Positions 37,276 to 47,027 are shown, numbered from the stretch's first letter. The stretch: DNA of 47,894 nucleotides from Actinomycetota bacterium (GCA_036258675.1 DATADD010000141.1:1-47894), one strand, 5' to 3'. Notes: generated by a model from the letters alone, not told the origin. Program-made: numbers and translations.

Positions 37276-38085
37276 CTAGAGGAAGAGCTGCCTCCACCCG
37301 GTCCACCAGTCCTCGGCGCGCGCCACGACTGTGCGGGCCCCCGTCACCTCGACGCCTCGCTTGTTGCGGTACTGGTCGGTGTGGTCGGGGGCCGCGAGCT
37401 CGACCTCTATCTCACAAGGGCTCCCGGGATCGTAGGGACGGACCCTGGTGGGGTCGGCGAGCGCCCGGCGCGCCCCCTCCTCGATGAGCTCCGGGGCGCG
37501 CGCCGGGACGACGTGGCGGGCGCTGAAGCGCCCCAGCCCCTGCTTGACCGCGACCGTCGTGAGCCCGTCGCCGAGGAGCGCCGTGGCCTCCCGACACGTC
37601 GCCGTGTCGCCCGTCACGAGGACCACGGGGCACGCCCAGTGGCCGCAGAGAGCCGCGTTGATGCCGGTCTCCCCCACGAGCGTGCCGTTGAAGCGGAGGC
37701 CGGTCCACTCCGTTCCGCTGACCGTGTGGCTCAGCACGCCGTCGGGGGTCCCCGCCATCGCGTGCATCGCGACGAACAGGGCGGCGTCGCACCCGTCCTC
37801 GAGGATGCCCGTGTACTCCGTCCATTCCTTCTGGACCACGAACTCGCATCCCGGGTCGAGAAGCTCGGGCTTGAGGGAGTTGAACGTCCACCCCTTCCCG
37901 GCACCGTGGCAGTCCATCGCGACGATCTCGGTCGCGCCCGCGGCGCGCGCCCCTCGCACGGCGGCGTTGATCTCCTCCGTATAAAGGGCGCGCGCCTCTT
38001 CGTAGAGCGACTCGCCCCCGTCGACCTGCTCCCACTTCGTGACGCCGGCGACGCCCTCCATGTCGCTCACGATGAAAACGCGCAC
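37276..38085 (-). CDS. M55 family metallopeptidase (DppA-like D-aminopeptidase)
   Basis: GTG 38085 after GGAGG. VFIVSDMEGVAGV, IVAMDCHG, HAMAGT. Confidence 0.85.
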   Translation of the reverse strand: MRVFIVSDMEGVAGVTKWEQVDGGESLYEEARALYTEEINAAVRGARAAGATEIVAMDCHGAGKGWTFNSLKPELLDPGCEFVVQKEWTEYTGILEDGCDAALFVAMHAMAGTPDGVLSHTVSGTEWTGLRFNGTLVGETGINAALCGHWACPVVLVTGDTATCREATALLGDGLTTVAVKQGLGRFSARHVVPARAPELIEEGARRALADPTRVRPYDPGSPCEIEVELAAPDHTDQYRNKRGVEVTGARTVVARAEDWWTGWRQLFL

Positions 38086-38116
38086 GGCTCCACCTCCTGT
38101 GGGCGGCCGACGGCGC

Positions 38117-38530
38117 TCACCGCGACCGAGGTGCGTCCGGGGCCAGTTGCAAGAAGAAGTCGGCACAGCGACGCGCCTCGTCTGCCTCCCCCAGTGCGGC
38201 CGCGGCCTCGCCGAGCCCGCGCAGAGAGCGCAGGAAGCCCCGGTTGGGCTCGTGCGCCCACGGTACGGTTCCGGCGCCCCGCCAGCCCGACCCGCGCAGG
38301 CGATCGAGCCCGCGGTGGTAGCCGACGCGGAAGAAGGCGTAGGCCTCGACCGGCCGCCGCCGTCCGAGGGCCTCCTCGCCGAGCCCCGCCCACGCCGCCA
38401 GGCACGCCGGCCACCGGGCCGCGATCGCGCGGGGGTCGTCGCGGGCGAGCGCCTCGAGCGACCCGGGGGGCTCCTGGAGGCGGACCTCGAGCGGCTCGTT
38501 CACGGGAAGGCCCCTACCCGGCTCCGTCAT
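38117..38530 (-). CDS. DUF3151 family protein
   Basis: ORF trimmed to ATG 38530. AYAFFRVGYHRGLDRLRGSGWRG...VPWAHEPNRGFLR. Confidence 0.7.
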   Translation of the reverse strand: MTEPGRGLPVNEPLEVRLQEPPGSLEALARDDPRAIAARWPACLAAWAGLGEEALGRRRPVEAYAFFRVGYHRGLDRLRGSGWRGAGTVPWAHEPNRGFLRSLRGLGEAAAALGEADEARRCADFFLQLAPDAPRSR

Positions 38531-38567
38531 GGTCCGATCGTAGGGGCGACGGACCCGGGCCGCGGCC

Positions 38568-39689
38568 TCACTCGAGGCGGAGGAGCTCGACATCGTCCGA
38601 CCACGAGAAGAGCTGTCGGCACCGACCGCCGAGCCGGCAGACCACGGCCCCCAGGCGGCCGCCCCCCGGGCCGGTCTGGCGCGCGAACGCGACCCAGCGA
38701 CCGTCGGGCGACCACAGGACGCTGCCCGCGGCGCCGCCCGATCCGGCGATCTCCGTCGCCCGGCGCAGCTCGGGCGCCACGACCACGACGCGCGCCCGGG
38801 GCACTCCGCCCCTCCCGGCGCGCATCGCGACCGCGGCGAGCCGGGTCCCGTCCGGGGACCACGATCCCGGCCCGAGAGCGGTGGCTCGCAGGCGCACCGG
38901 ACGCGCCTCGCCGACGGCCGCCCCGTCCAAGGGCGCCACCTCGACCCCCGATCCGGACACGGTGACGAGCCACTGCCCGCCGGGGGACGCGCCCCACAGC
39001 CGCGACGGAGGCATCGCGAGGGTCTCCACGGAGCCTCCCGGCGCGACCAGCAGCACGTGGTCGGGGTCCTCGACGTCGCTCACCAGGAGGTCGTCGCCGG
39101 CCCACCCCAGGAGCGCCCATCTCCCCGGACCCAGGGCCCGCCGGGGCTCCCCGGCCCCGGGGTCGAGGACGGCGACGTCCACACGCCCCTCGCACGCCTC
39201 CCCGTCGCAGCCACGAGGCTCGAGAGGGCGCAGCCAGGCGACCTCGTCCCCGTCCGGGCTCCACACCGGCGAGAACCCCGGGCCCGTGGCGACCCGCGCT
39301 CCCGAGGCCGTGTCGACCAGCTCGAGGTGAGGCGCCACGGCGAAGTCCTCCTCCCCCACCGGGGGCGGCCTCCGGTCGACCACGGCGGCCACCCACCCGG
39401 ACCCGGCGGCGGCGCGTACGTCGGCCGAGGGGAGCCCGGCGACGGGCTCCGAGCGCCCGCTGGTCGGCTCCCAGCGGCGCACGCGCGTGCCCCGGAGGTA
39501 GACGAGGGCGGGCGGCTCCGGCGGCGCCGCGGCGGCATCCCCGCCGCCACCCCGCGGCGGCGCACCCTGGGAGGATCTGGCCGCGCCGTCTACGGCGGCA
39601 TCGGGCGGGGAGCAGGCCGCCGCGAGACACGCGCCCGCGAGGACGAGGGCAGCGATGCGGCGCCCGAGGGCGGCGGCCTCGGGCGTCAG
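38568..39689 (-). CDS. Lipoprotein with PD40/WD40-like beta-propeller repeats (TolB-like)
   Basis: Signal/lipobox RRIAALVLAGACLAAAC and three WSPDG repeats. No ATG/GTG/TTG lies near the signal peptide. Start provisionally placed at CTG 39689, which overlaps the upstream TGA. Confidence 0.65.
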   Translation of the reverse strand: MTPEAAALGRRIAALVLAGACLAAACSPPDAAVDGAARSSQGAPPRGGGGDAAAAPPEPPALVYLRGTRVRRWEPTSGRSEPVAGLPSADVRAAAGSGWVAAVVDRRPPPVGEEDFAVAPHLELVDTASGARVATGPGFSPVWSPDGDEVAWLRPLEPRGCDGEACEGRVDVAVLDPGAGEPRRALGPGRWALLGWAGDDLLVSDVEDPDHVLLVAPGGSVETLAMPPSRLWGASPGGQWLVTVSGSGVEVAPLDGAAVGEARPVRLRATALGPGSWSPDGTRLAAVAMRAGRGGVPRARVVVVAPELRRATEIAGSGGAAGSVLWSPDGRWVAFARQTGPGGGRLGAVVCRLGGRCRQLFSWSDDVELLRLE

Positions 39690-40672
39690 TCCGGGGCGCC
39701 CAAGCGATCCGGCTCGCCCGCGGCCGCGAACGCCCTCACCTCGACGACGGACGGGACGAGCGAGCCGGCCCCGCCGACCGCGGCGCGCACCGCGGCGGGA
39801 TCGGCCCGACCGCCCGAGCGCCTCTTGCGCTCGCCCCAGCAAGGCTTTCCGCTCTCGTCGAGGTCCCGGCCCTTGCGATCCCGTTCCGGCCACCACCAGA
39901 AGCGCGAGCCGGGGAGGTCTCGGTTGTCGAGGCGGACGTCGAAGTGGTTGTGCGCGAGCGAGGCGTAGCACCCGATCCCGTGGAACTGGCTGCGTCGAGC
40001 GAAGCGTCGTTCGCGATGGTTGGACACCGCCGCCATGCGGTTGTCGGCCGCCGTCCCGAAGAGATGCTGGGACGCCCTCGCCCCGCCGATGCAATCGTTG
40101 TAGGGGACGCTGCGGAACCCGGAGTTGACGCCCACGGGCCGGCGGCCTCGGGCGCGCACCGCCTCGAGCCGCCACATGAGCCTCCGGACGTTGCGCTTGG
40201 CGCGGCGCGCCGCGACCCGCCCTCCCCCGAAGGTTCCGGCGTAGGCGTTCGCCTGGGCCGAGCACGCCGGGTTTCGGTTCTGGGTGAACTCGGACCAGTC
40301 GAAGTGGGCGGTCGAGCCGTTGTCGTCCGTGAGCCGGGCGATGACCCTCATCGTGGCCCGCCCGGCAACGCCGTCCGCTGCGATCCCGTAGCGACTCTGG
40401 AACGCGGCCACCGCGGCCCGCGTCTGCCGCCCGTACACGCCGTCGAGCGGGAAGTGGACCCGCCTGTTGCTCTTCGGGTACCAGCCGGCGACGCGCACCT
40501 GCAGACGCCGCACCGCGGGGCCCGAGTCACCGGGCCGCAGCGCTCGCGGTGCCGCTTCGGCTGCCCCCGGCGCGGCCGCAGACAGGACGAGCGCCCCCCC
40601 GACGAGCAGCGACAGGGCCGCCTCACGGCTCCTTGCCAACCCGCCCCCTTCGGCTCGGACCGAACGTCTCAC
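39686..40672 (-). CDS. Secreted peptidoglycan-binding-domain plus M15-family zinc D,D-peptidase
   Basis: Signal peptide. PG_binding_1 block (GDSGPAVRRLQ...DGVYGRQTRAAVAAFQ). SGFRS..N...GGA..SQHLFGTAAD and HNHFDV metal ligands. Confidence 0.75.
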   Translation of the reverse strand: MRRSVRAEGGGLARSREAALSLLVGGALVLSAAAPGAAEAAPRALRPGDSGPAVRRLQVRVAGWYPKSNRRVHFPLDGVYGRQTRAAVAAFQSRYGIAADGVAGRATMRVIARLTDDNGSTAHFDWSEFTQNRNPACSAQANAYAGTFGGGRVAARRAKRNVRRLMWRLEAVRARGRRPVGVNSGFRSVPYNDCIGGARASQHLFGTAADNRMAAVSNHRERRFARRSQFHGIGCYASLAHNHFDVRLDNRDLPGSRFWWWPERDRKGRDLDESGKPCWGERKRRSGGRADPAAVRAAVGGAGSLVPSVVEVRAFAAAGEPDRLGAPD

Positions 40673-40783
40673 TTCGGCTCAACCGGACGAACAGGAACGC
40701 GGATTATGGCACGCCTCGGAGGCACCCCGGGCTCCGGCCCCGCCTCACTTAGCATCCCGGGAGGCGCGGGAGAGGAGGCGAGG

Positions 40784-41959
40784 GTGGCGAGGATCGCGGT
40801 CGGGATCGTGGGGACGGGCTTCGCTGCCTCGAGCCACGTCGAGGCGCTCCGGCGGCTGCCGACGGTCGAGGTGGCGGCCGTGGCGGGGCGGACGGAGGAG
40901 CGGGCGCGTGCGTCAGCGGACCGGCTGGGCGTGCCGCGTTCCTTCGGCGACTACCGCGACCTCCTCGCCGACGACGCCATCGCCTCGGTGCACAACTGCA
41001 CGCCCAACGACCTTCACGCCGAGATCACGACGGCCGCGCTCGAGAGGGGCAAGCACGTGCTGTCGGAGAAGCCGCTCGCGCTCGACAGCGGCGAGACGGG
41101 GACTCTCGTGGCGGCCGCGCAGGGGGCCGGGACGGTCACGGGGGTGTGCTTCAACTATCGCCACTACCCCCTGGTGCGTCAGGTGAGGGAGATGCTCGCC
41201 GGCGGCGACTACGGACGCGCCGTCATCGTCCACGGCAGCTACCTGCAGGACTGGTTGCTGCACGACACGGATTGGAACTGGCGGCTCGAGTCGGCTCGCG
41301 CCGGGTCGTCGCGCGCGGTCGCGGACATCGGGTCGCACTGGGTCGACAACGTCGAGTACGTCGTGGGAGACCGGGTGGCACGCGTCATGGCCCAGCTCGG
41401 CCGCCTCCACGACACCCGCGCCCGCCCGCGCGGGGAGGTGGAGACGTTCTCGTCGGCGGACGGGGCCGAGCGCGAACGCGTCCCCGTCGACACGGAGGAC
41501 TTCGCCGCCGTCCTGCTCGACTTCGCCGGGGGTGCCCGGGGATCTCTCGTCGTCTCCCAAGTGAGCGCGGGCCGCAAGAACCGGCTGTCGTGGGAGATCG
41601 ACACCCCCGCGGCGGCGTTCGCATGGGACCAGGAGGAACCCAACCGGCTGTGGATCGGCCGGCGCGGCGCGCCCAACGAGGAGCTTGTTCGCGACCCGTC
41701 TCTGCTCGCGGGCCCGGCGGCCGCGCTCGCCCATCTCCCCGGCGGCCACCAGGAGGGGTGGCCCGACGCGCTCGCCAACCTCGTCGCGGACTTCTACGCC
41801 GCGGTCGCGGCGCACGGGGACAACGGACGGCGGCACGTTTCTTCGTTCGCCTCCTTCGCGGACGCACATCACGTGACGCAGGTGGTCGAGGCGATACTCG
41901 CGAGCGATCGCTCGGGGGCATGGGTCGAAGTGGGCGCGAGGCAGGAGGCGTCGGCATGA
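40784..41959 (+). CDS. Gfo/Idh/MocA family oxidoreductase
   Basis: GTG 40784 after GAGGAGG. IAVGIVGTGFAASSH Rossmann motif, EKPLA motif. Confidence 0.9.
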   Translation: MARIAVGIVGTGFAASSHVEALRRLPTVEVAAVAGRTEERARASADRLGVPRSFGDYRDLLADDAIASVHNCTPNDLHAEITTAALERGKHVLSEKPLALDSGETGTLVAAAQGAGTVTGVCFNYRHYPLVRQVREMLAGGDYGRAVIVHGSYLQDWLLHDTDWNWRLESARAGSSRAVADIGSHWVDNVEYVVGDRVARVMAQLGRLHDTRARPRGEVETFSSADGAERERVPVDTEDFAAVLLDFAGGARGSLVVSQVSAGRKNRLSWEIDTPAAAFAWDQEEPNRLWIGRRGAPNEELVRDPSLLAGPAAALAHLPGGHQEGWPDALANLVADFYAAVAAHGDNGRRHVSSFASFADAHHVTQVVEAILASDRSGAWVEVGARQEASA

Positions 41960-42924
41960 AGCTGGGTGTGCTTACCGTGCTCTACCAGCAGCTCTCCCTC
42001 GAGGAGGCGCTCGACAAGGTGCGGGGGATGGGCGTCGCGGCCGTGGAGCTCGGGACGGGGAACTATCCCGGCAACGCCCACTGCGACCCCGACCGCCTCC
42101 TCGCCGACGACGCCGCCCTCCGCGCGCTCCGGGACGCGGTCGAGAGCAGGGGGCTCATGATCAGCGCGCTCAGCCAGCACGGCAACCCCCTCCATCCCGA
42201 CGACGCCTTCGCGCGCGGGTCGCACGACACGTGGCAGAAGACGGTCCGGCTCGCCGAGAAGCTCGGCGTCGGGGTCGTCAACGCCTTCTCGGGCTGCCCG
42301 GGCGACCGCGACGGCGCTCGCTACCCCAACTGGGTGACGTGCGCATGGCCGACCGACTTCAACGACATCCTCGCGTGGCAGTGGGAGGAGCGGGTCATCC
42401 CCTACTGGGAGCGGGAGGCAGCCTTCGCGCGCGACCACGGGGTCCGTATCGCGTTCGAGATGCATCCCGGGTTCGTCGTTTACAACCCCGAGACGCTGCT
42501 GCGCCTGAGGGCTGCGGTCGGACCCGAGATCGGCGCGAACTTCGACCCCAGCCACCTCTTCTGGCAGGGCATCGACCCGATGGAGGCGGTCAAGGTGCTC
42601 GGCAGGGAGCAGGCGATCTTCCACGTCCACGCCAAGGACACGTACCTGGATCCCGCAAACGTGCGCGTCAACGGCGTCCTCGACACCAAGGCCTACGAGC
42701 GCGTCCTCGACCGCGCCTGGTCGTTCCGCACGGTCGGCTACGGGCAGCCCGAGAAGGTGTGGCGCGACCTCGTCAGCGTGCTGCGGATGGTGGGCTACGA
42801 CTTCGTGCTGAGCATCGAGCACGAGGACAGTCTCATGTCGATCGACGAGGGCCTCGGCAAGGCCATCGCCCTGCTCGACCGGATCCTGCTAAAGGAGTCG
42901 GCGGGCGAGATGTGGTGGGCCTAG
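41956..42924 (+). CDS. Sugar phosphate isomerase/epimerase (xylose-isomerase-like TIM barrel)
   Basis: ATG 41956 (ATGA overlap). AVELGTGNYPG, IAFEMHPG, HVHAKD, SIEHED. Confidence 0.9.
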   Translation: MKLGVLTVLYQQLSLEEALDKVRGMGVAAVELGTGNYPGNAHCDPDRLLADDAALRALRDAVESRGLMISALSQHGNPLHPDDAFARGSHDTWQKTVRLAEKLGVGVVNAFSGCPGDRDGARYPNWVTCAWPTDFNDILAWQWEERVIPYWEREAAFARDHGVRIAFEMHPGFVVYNPETLLRLRAAVGPEIGANFDPSHLFWQGIDPMEAVKVLGREQAIFHVHAKDTYLDPANVRVNGVLDTKAYERVLDRAWSFRTVGYGQPEKVWRDLVSVLRMVGYDFVLSIEHEDSLMSIDEGLGKAIALLDRILLKESAGEMWWA

Positions 42925-42950
42925 ATATCTCGCCCCCGCCGACAGGAGTA

Positions 42951-42972
42951 GGGGCGGCCTCGCGGCCGCCCC
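42951..42972. terminator. Perfect 9-bp GC hairpin between convergent genes (candidate bidirectional terminator)
   Basis: GGGGCGGCC-TCGC-GGCCGCCCC, followed by a pyrimidine-rich CCTTCCCTTC stretch. Lies between the stops at 42924 (+) and 42994 (-). Confidence 0.45.
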
Positions 42973-42993
42973 CCTTCCCTTCATCGCTCCCCG

Positions 42994-44601
42994 CTAGATG
43001 CGGGAGAAGAAGATGTTCTCGGTGAAGCCCGCCTCCTCGCCGAGGTCGACGAACTTCCGCATGTCGGTCCACACGAGGTTGGCGCTCCCGTCCGACCCGT
43101 AGGCGACGTTGATGTAATCGCCGTGGAACGTGGCGCACTTGAAGCACCCCGGCACCTGGGCCTGGAAGTAGAGCGAGTTCCTCGGGTGCGACGGCGCGTC
43201 GGTGATCAATTGCCGGCGGAGGTTGCGAGGGTCGTCTCCGGTGGAGAACGCCGTGCCGTAGGTCGCGAACCCGAGCCGGTCGTGGTAGGTGACGCCGATC
43301 TCGCCCGTCACGGGATTGACCTCGACCCAGGGGAACCACTGGTCGGTGTTGCGCTCCGTGACCGGCCACGGGCCCCGCCACGTGACGCCGTTCTTCGACG
43401 TCATGATGAACACGTCGGTGTCCGTGCGGGGGTTGGCGACATCGTGGCGCCCGTTGCGGTTGTCCATGAACGTCAGGTAGAGGGTCCCGTCGATCGGGCT
43501 CGCGTGGATGTTGCCGTAGGTGGGCACCCTGATCTGCCAGTTGGTCAACGTCTGGCGCTCGTCGACGTTGAGCGGGAAGTCGTTCGTCCCGTCCTCGAGG
43601 TCCTCGACGTGGACGGGGTCGGACCAGGTCCGTCCGCCGTCGCGGGACCGGACGACCATGTACTGGCTCTCGAACAGCTCGTCGCCCTCCCACGCGGCCT
43701 CGTGCTGGCCGTTCTCGAACGCGACGTACACCGTCCCGTCGGGTGCCACGGTGGGAACCGACCCCTGGTCCTCGTCGCACTCGAGCGCCGGCCCGAACTC
43801 CTGGTAGGTGCAGGTCCTGTCGCTTCCGGAGATCTCCCGGGCCCGCGACCACGTCCGCCCCCCGTCGTCGGAGTGGCTCTCCCAGATCGGAGACTCCACG
43901 TAGTTGCCGTTGCGGGCCAGGAACCTGCTCCACGTCAGATAGGTACGCCCGTAGTAGGGGGAGTCGGGGTTGGTGTCGGTGACGATCCACTCTTTGTCGT
44001 TGAACACCTGGACAGGGTCGTCGTCGTCCCCGAAGCCACGGTAGACGATCACGGGCCTCTGCCACGTGACGCCTCCATCGGTGGAGCGCGACACCACGAC
44101 GTGGCCGTTCGTGGCCAGCCCTTCCTGCGTGAAGGCGAAGTTGAGCGAGGAGTGCAGCGCGACGTCGTGCTTGGGATCGATCGCGGTCACCGGGTCGCTT
44201 CCGATCACCTGGTCCGAGATGGCGGACATATCGCCGGTGATCCACGTCCTGCCGCCGTTGAAGGTCGTGTAGAACTGGTCGCAGCACGACTCGTAGTCGT
44301 TCGAGCTCGCGATCATGTGCTGGGGGTCCTCGGGATCGACGACGATGTCGGGCTCGTTGTTCGGCAGCCACGTGACGCGATCGTCGCAGTCGAGGTTGAG
44401 GTTGTCGGGCCGACCGTTCACCCGGCACTCGACCTGCGAGGGGAGGTACCCGTTCGCCTGGTTCCGGGAGTCGTTGTCGAGGGCCCATCGCTTGAGCTCC
44501 CGCTTGGAATAGCTATAGATGGACCCGTCGTCGGCCTGTGCCGCGCCAACGAGCGTAAGGATCATCACCACGCCGACCGCGATCGCCCCACTTCGTCTCA
44601 C
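42994..44601 (-). CDS. Secreted BNR/Asp-box repeat protein (sialidase-superfamily beta-propeller)
   Basis: Signal peptide ...LTLVGAAQA. Asp-boxes STDGGVTW, SDDGGRTW, SRDGGRTW, SKNGVTW. Start GTG 44601 has better spacing from AGGAGG than GTG 44607. Confidence 0.75.
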   Translation of the reverse strand: MRRSGAIAVGVVMILTLVGAAQADDGSIYSYSKRELKRWALDNDSRNQANGYLPSQVECRVNGRPDNLNLDCDDRVTWLPNNEPDIVVDPEDPQHMIASSNDYESCCDQFYTTFNGGRTWITGDMSAISDQVIGSDPVTAIDPKHDVALHSSLNFAFTQEGLATNGHVVVSRSTDGGVTWQRPVIVYRGFGDDDDPVQVFNDKEWIVTDTNPDSPYYGRTYLTWSRFLARNGNYVESPIWESHSDDGGRTWSRAREISGSDRTCTYQEFGPALECDEDQGSVPTVAPDGTVYVAFENGQHEAAWEGDELFESQYMVVRSRDGGRTWSDPVHVEDLEDGTNDFPLNVDERQTLTNWQIRVPTYGNIHASPIDGTLYLTFMDNRNGRHDVANPRTDTDVFIMTSKNGVTWRGPWPVTERNTDQWFPWVEVNPVTGEIGVTYHDRLGFATYGTAFSTGDDPRNLRRQLITDAPSHPRNSLYFQAQVPGCFKCATFHGDYINVAYGSDGSANLVWTDMRKFVDLGEEAGFTENIFFSRI

Positions 44602-44736
44602 AGCCACCCCTCCTGCCGGTCCGGACCTGCCAGGCAGGTTTTACCACGCATGGACCCGCGAGGCCAGGGTTTCGGGTCGGGGCCGCAGTAGTGGCGGACG
44701 GATCCCTCGGGGCGCGGCGGGCGGCGCCGAGGTGGG

Positions 44737-44992
44737 TGCGGAAAGAGGGCAGCGCTCCCGGATAGGTATCCAGGGCGCGATGGAGCTCGCCCAGCGCATC
44801 GCCGAGCACTCGGGCGCTGGAGCCCGTGCCCGGTTCGTGGGGGCGGAACTCCCACAGGGTGAGCAGGTGAACGAGCGTGCTCCTGCCCTCGGCGAGGACG
44901 TACGAGCCGGGGCAGCGACGTCCCACTCCCTGCGCCACGCGCCGGGCGGCATCCACTGCGCTCGGTCCGCGCGATGAGTCGTCACGCTCCAT
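44737..44992 (-). pseudogene. Probable remnant of a phosphotransferase (APH/ChoK-like kinase) gene
   Basis: Only a ~75-aa stretch (VHLLTLWEFRPHEPG...VLGDALGELHRALD) resembles the N-lobe/hinge of the PF01636 family. The catalytic HxDxxxxN region is absent, and the ORF runs into the BNR gene start. Confidence 0.25.
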
Positions 44993-45021
44993 CAGAGGTC
45001 GCCCTTTCGAGGTATGACCCG

Positions 45022-45531
45022 CTACGGATGGATGTTTCGAACGCTTCGCTTCGTGCGAAGTACCCTCGAATCATTGGGCACTATGCTGATGGTGCCATCG
45101 GTCTCGAGCACCGCAAGCTTCACTCCCTCGATGCCCTCGATCCCATGCTCCCTCATGGCCATCTCTATCCGTCCTTTCTCCAGGCCCTCCTTGCGGAGCC
45201 GGCTCTCGAGAAACTGGCCATCTTGAACGAGGACGGTAGGGCTCCCCTCGAGCAATCTTCCCCAGAACGCCCACCGGTAGCTGAGTGTCGATACCCCGCG
45301 ATTGATCAACAGAAGCACTGCAGCGGCGATGAGGCCGCCCTGCAATGATGTGTCCGCTCCCACCATGGCGTTCTGAACGGCGTTCGCGATCAAGAGGATC
45401 ACGACGAGGTCGAAGACGGTCATCTGACCCAGTTCCCGTTTGCCCATTACCCGCAATCCGATGAGCAGGCCGACATAGACGAGAAGCGAACGAAGCACGA
45501 TGCCGACTGGATCTGCGTTCATTCCGAACAT
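45022..45531 (-). CDS. DUF421 (YetF-like) membrane protein
   Basis: LRSLLVYVGLLIGLRVMGKRELGQMTVFDLVVILLIANAV. Start ATG 45531 after GGAAGGAAG (longest ORF starts at 45549). Confidence 0.8.
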   Translation of the reverse strand: MFGMNADPVGIVLRSLLVYVGLLIGLRVMGKRELGQMTVFDLVVILLIANAVQNAMVGADTSLQGGLIAAAVLLLINRGVSTLSYRWAFWGRLLEGSPTVLVQDGQFLESRLRKEGLEKGRIEMAMREHGIEGIEGVKLAVLETDGTISIVPNDSRVLRTKRSVRNIHP

Positions 45532-45816
45532 GGTGTTACTTCCTTCCATTCTCGCCGCCGCTCAACGCCACTCCGGCGACGAACGATGTGCCGAGATGCC
45601 CGCCATTGCCTACATCGGCGGCAAGCGGCTGCGGCAGTTGCGACTTGCCGACCTTGCCGTGCCCGGGGAGGCACTCACCGAGCGGGGCTGGCGCCGATCC
45701 CCGGTGATCGGGGGCTGCCGCACGCGGTCCAAGGGTTGCCTCTTCCGTCAGGCGGTTGCGTTCGTGGAGATGATAGGGACGCGGCGGGGCGGCTCGTATC
45801 CGAGCGTCGCAGGGGC

Positions 45817-46152
45817 CTATCCCTTGGTGGGTAGGGATCGAGCGTAAGTCGCCCCGATCTTGACCCACTTGGCAAGCTCACGCTTCGTGCGGACATCTTC
45901 CGCGTCAACGCGGAGCCACCCGCGCATCCTTCGGCCGCGCATCTCCATGGGGCGGGCATTCGTCTTCGCGACGAGCGTGTCGGACTCTGCTGGGTCGGCG
46001 CGAACAAGCGCCCCGCCCTGTCCGCTTGCCGCAACGGCCATGTTTCCCCCGATGAGAAAGGCGAGACCCCCGAACATCTTCTTCTCTGTCACGTTGGATT
46101 CGTTGCTCAGTAGCTCTCGGATGCGATCCGCGAGTTCCTCGTCGTACGCCAC
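45817..46152 (-). CDS. TfoX/Sxy N-terminal-domain family protein
   Basis: MAYDEELADRIRELL...EKKMFGGLAFLIGGNMAV, the typical TfoX_N pattern. Confidence 0.8.
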   Translation of the reverse strand: MAYDEELADRIRELLSNESNVTEKKMFGGLAFLIGGNMAVAASGQGGALVRADPAESDTLVAKTNARPMEMRGRRMRGWLRVDAEDVRTKRELAKWVKIGATYARSLPTKG

Positions 46153-46290
46153 CGCACGATTCTATGACTGCGGCAGGGGACGGCTTCGACTCAACTGTGG
46201 ACGCGAAACCAGAGCCTGAGGACACAGAGTCTCCCTCGGGATCGTGCGGCTGGTGACCCGCCTCATTCGTACGCCTTTGACGGTGAACGC

Positions 46291-46761
46291 CTAGCTTGCG
46301 AGTCTGATGACGATGTCGGTGGTGCTTTCGGTGTCAGTGAAAGTGGCGTCACCTGTGGCGGTTCCGTATGCACCGGTCCCCCCAAGCACCGCGAACTCGG
46401 AGGCACCCTCCCCCCGCGGATCGAGACCCTGGAGGATGATGTCGCCATCGGCCAGATGGAGAACGTATGTGCAGTTGAAGAGCCCCTGAGACGAACCGAC
46501 TATGCGCTTCTGAACCAGACATTCGAAGTAGGCGGTCCCGACGCGATCGGATGCATTCGCATCGACGAGCCGTCCGCGGGCAGCCGCTCGATCCCCGAGT
46601 CGCAAACCGTCGTGGTCGATGTCCACGAACTTGACGGTCAGCCCGTCTCGTGGGAGGACGAGGTGGATAACCGTCTCGCCCGCCGCCGGGCTCACCACAA
46701 ACAGTCCGGCGACCAATGCCGCACCGATCAGCCCCACTATTGCCTTCAGCTTAGGACGCAT
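46291..46761 (-). CDS. Secreted hypothetical protein, dirigent / allene-oxide-cyclase-like beta-barrel
   Basis: ATG 46761 after ATAGGAG. Signal peptide ...VSPAAG. D-rich block, two Cys (FECL, FNCT) and AVLGGTGAYGTATG resembling the dirigent/AOC-barrel 'GGTG.Y' motif. Confidence 0.6.
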   Translation of the reverse strand: MRPKLKAIVGLIGAALVAGLFVVSPAAGETVIHLVLPRDGLTVKFVDIDHDGLRLGDRAAARGRLVDANASDRVGTAYFECLVQKRIVGSSQGLFNCTYVLHLADGDIILQGLDPRGEGASEFAVLGGTGAYGTATGDATFTDTESTTDIVIRLAS

Positions 46762-47027
46762 GTCGACTCCTATCATGCTTGTGAACCCATGGCTGGCTCA
46801 TCCGCGTCCAGCCTTGGGGAGGACGGCAATCATGACCGTGCCTTGTAACCCCGGTCCAGCCAAAGGGGCGGGCTTCTAGCCGAAGGGTTTTCCAACCTCT
46901 TGAAGTGTATACGGAAGATGCAGTTTGGGTCACAACGGCGGGACAGAGGGAGGCCTTGCCACCACGCGTTGATGCCAGCCGATCAGCACCGCAACTGCTC
47001 CCGAAGCGATCACAGCGCTTTCGAGGC

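Noticed and set aside
45550-45816. ORFs 45500..45847+ and 45536..45868-, or a riboswitch, in the 267-bp spacer between DUF421 and tfoX.
   Set aside because: The translations lack any family signature and overlap each other antisense. I could not recognise a known riboswitch core or a convincing terminator hairpin with a U-tract.
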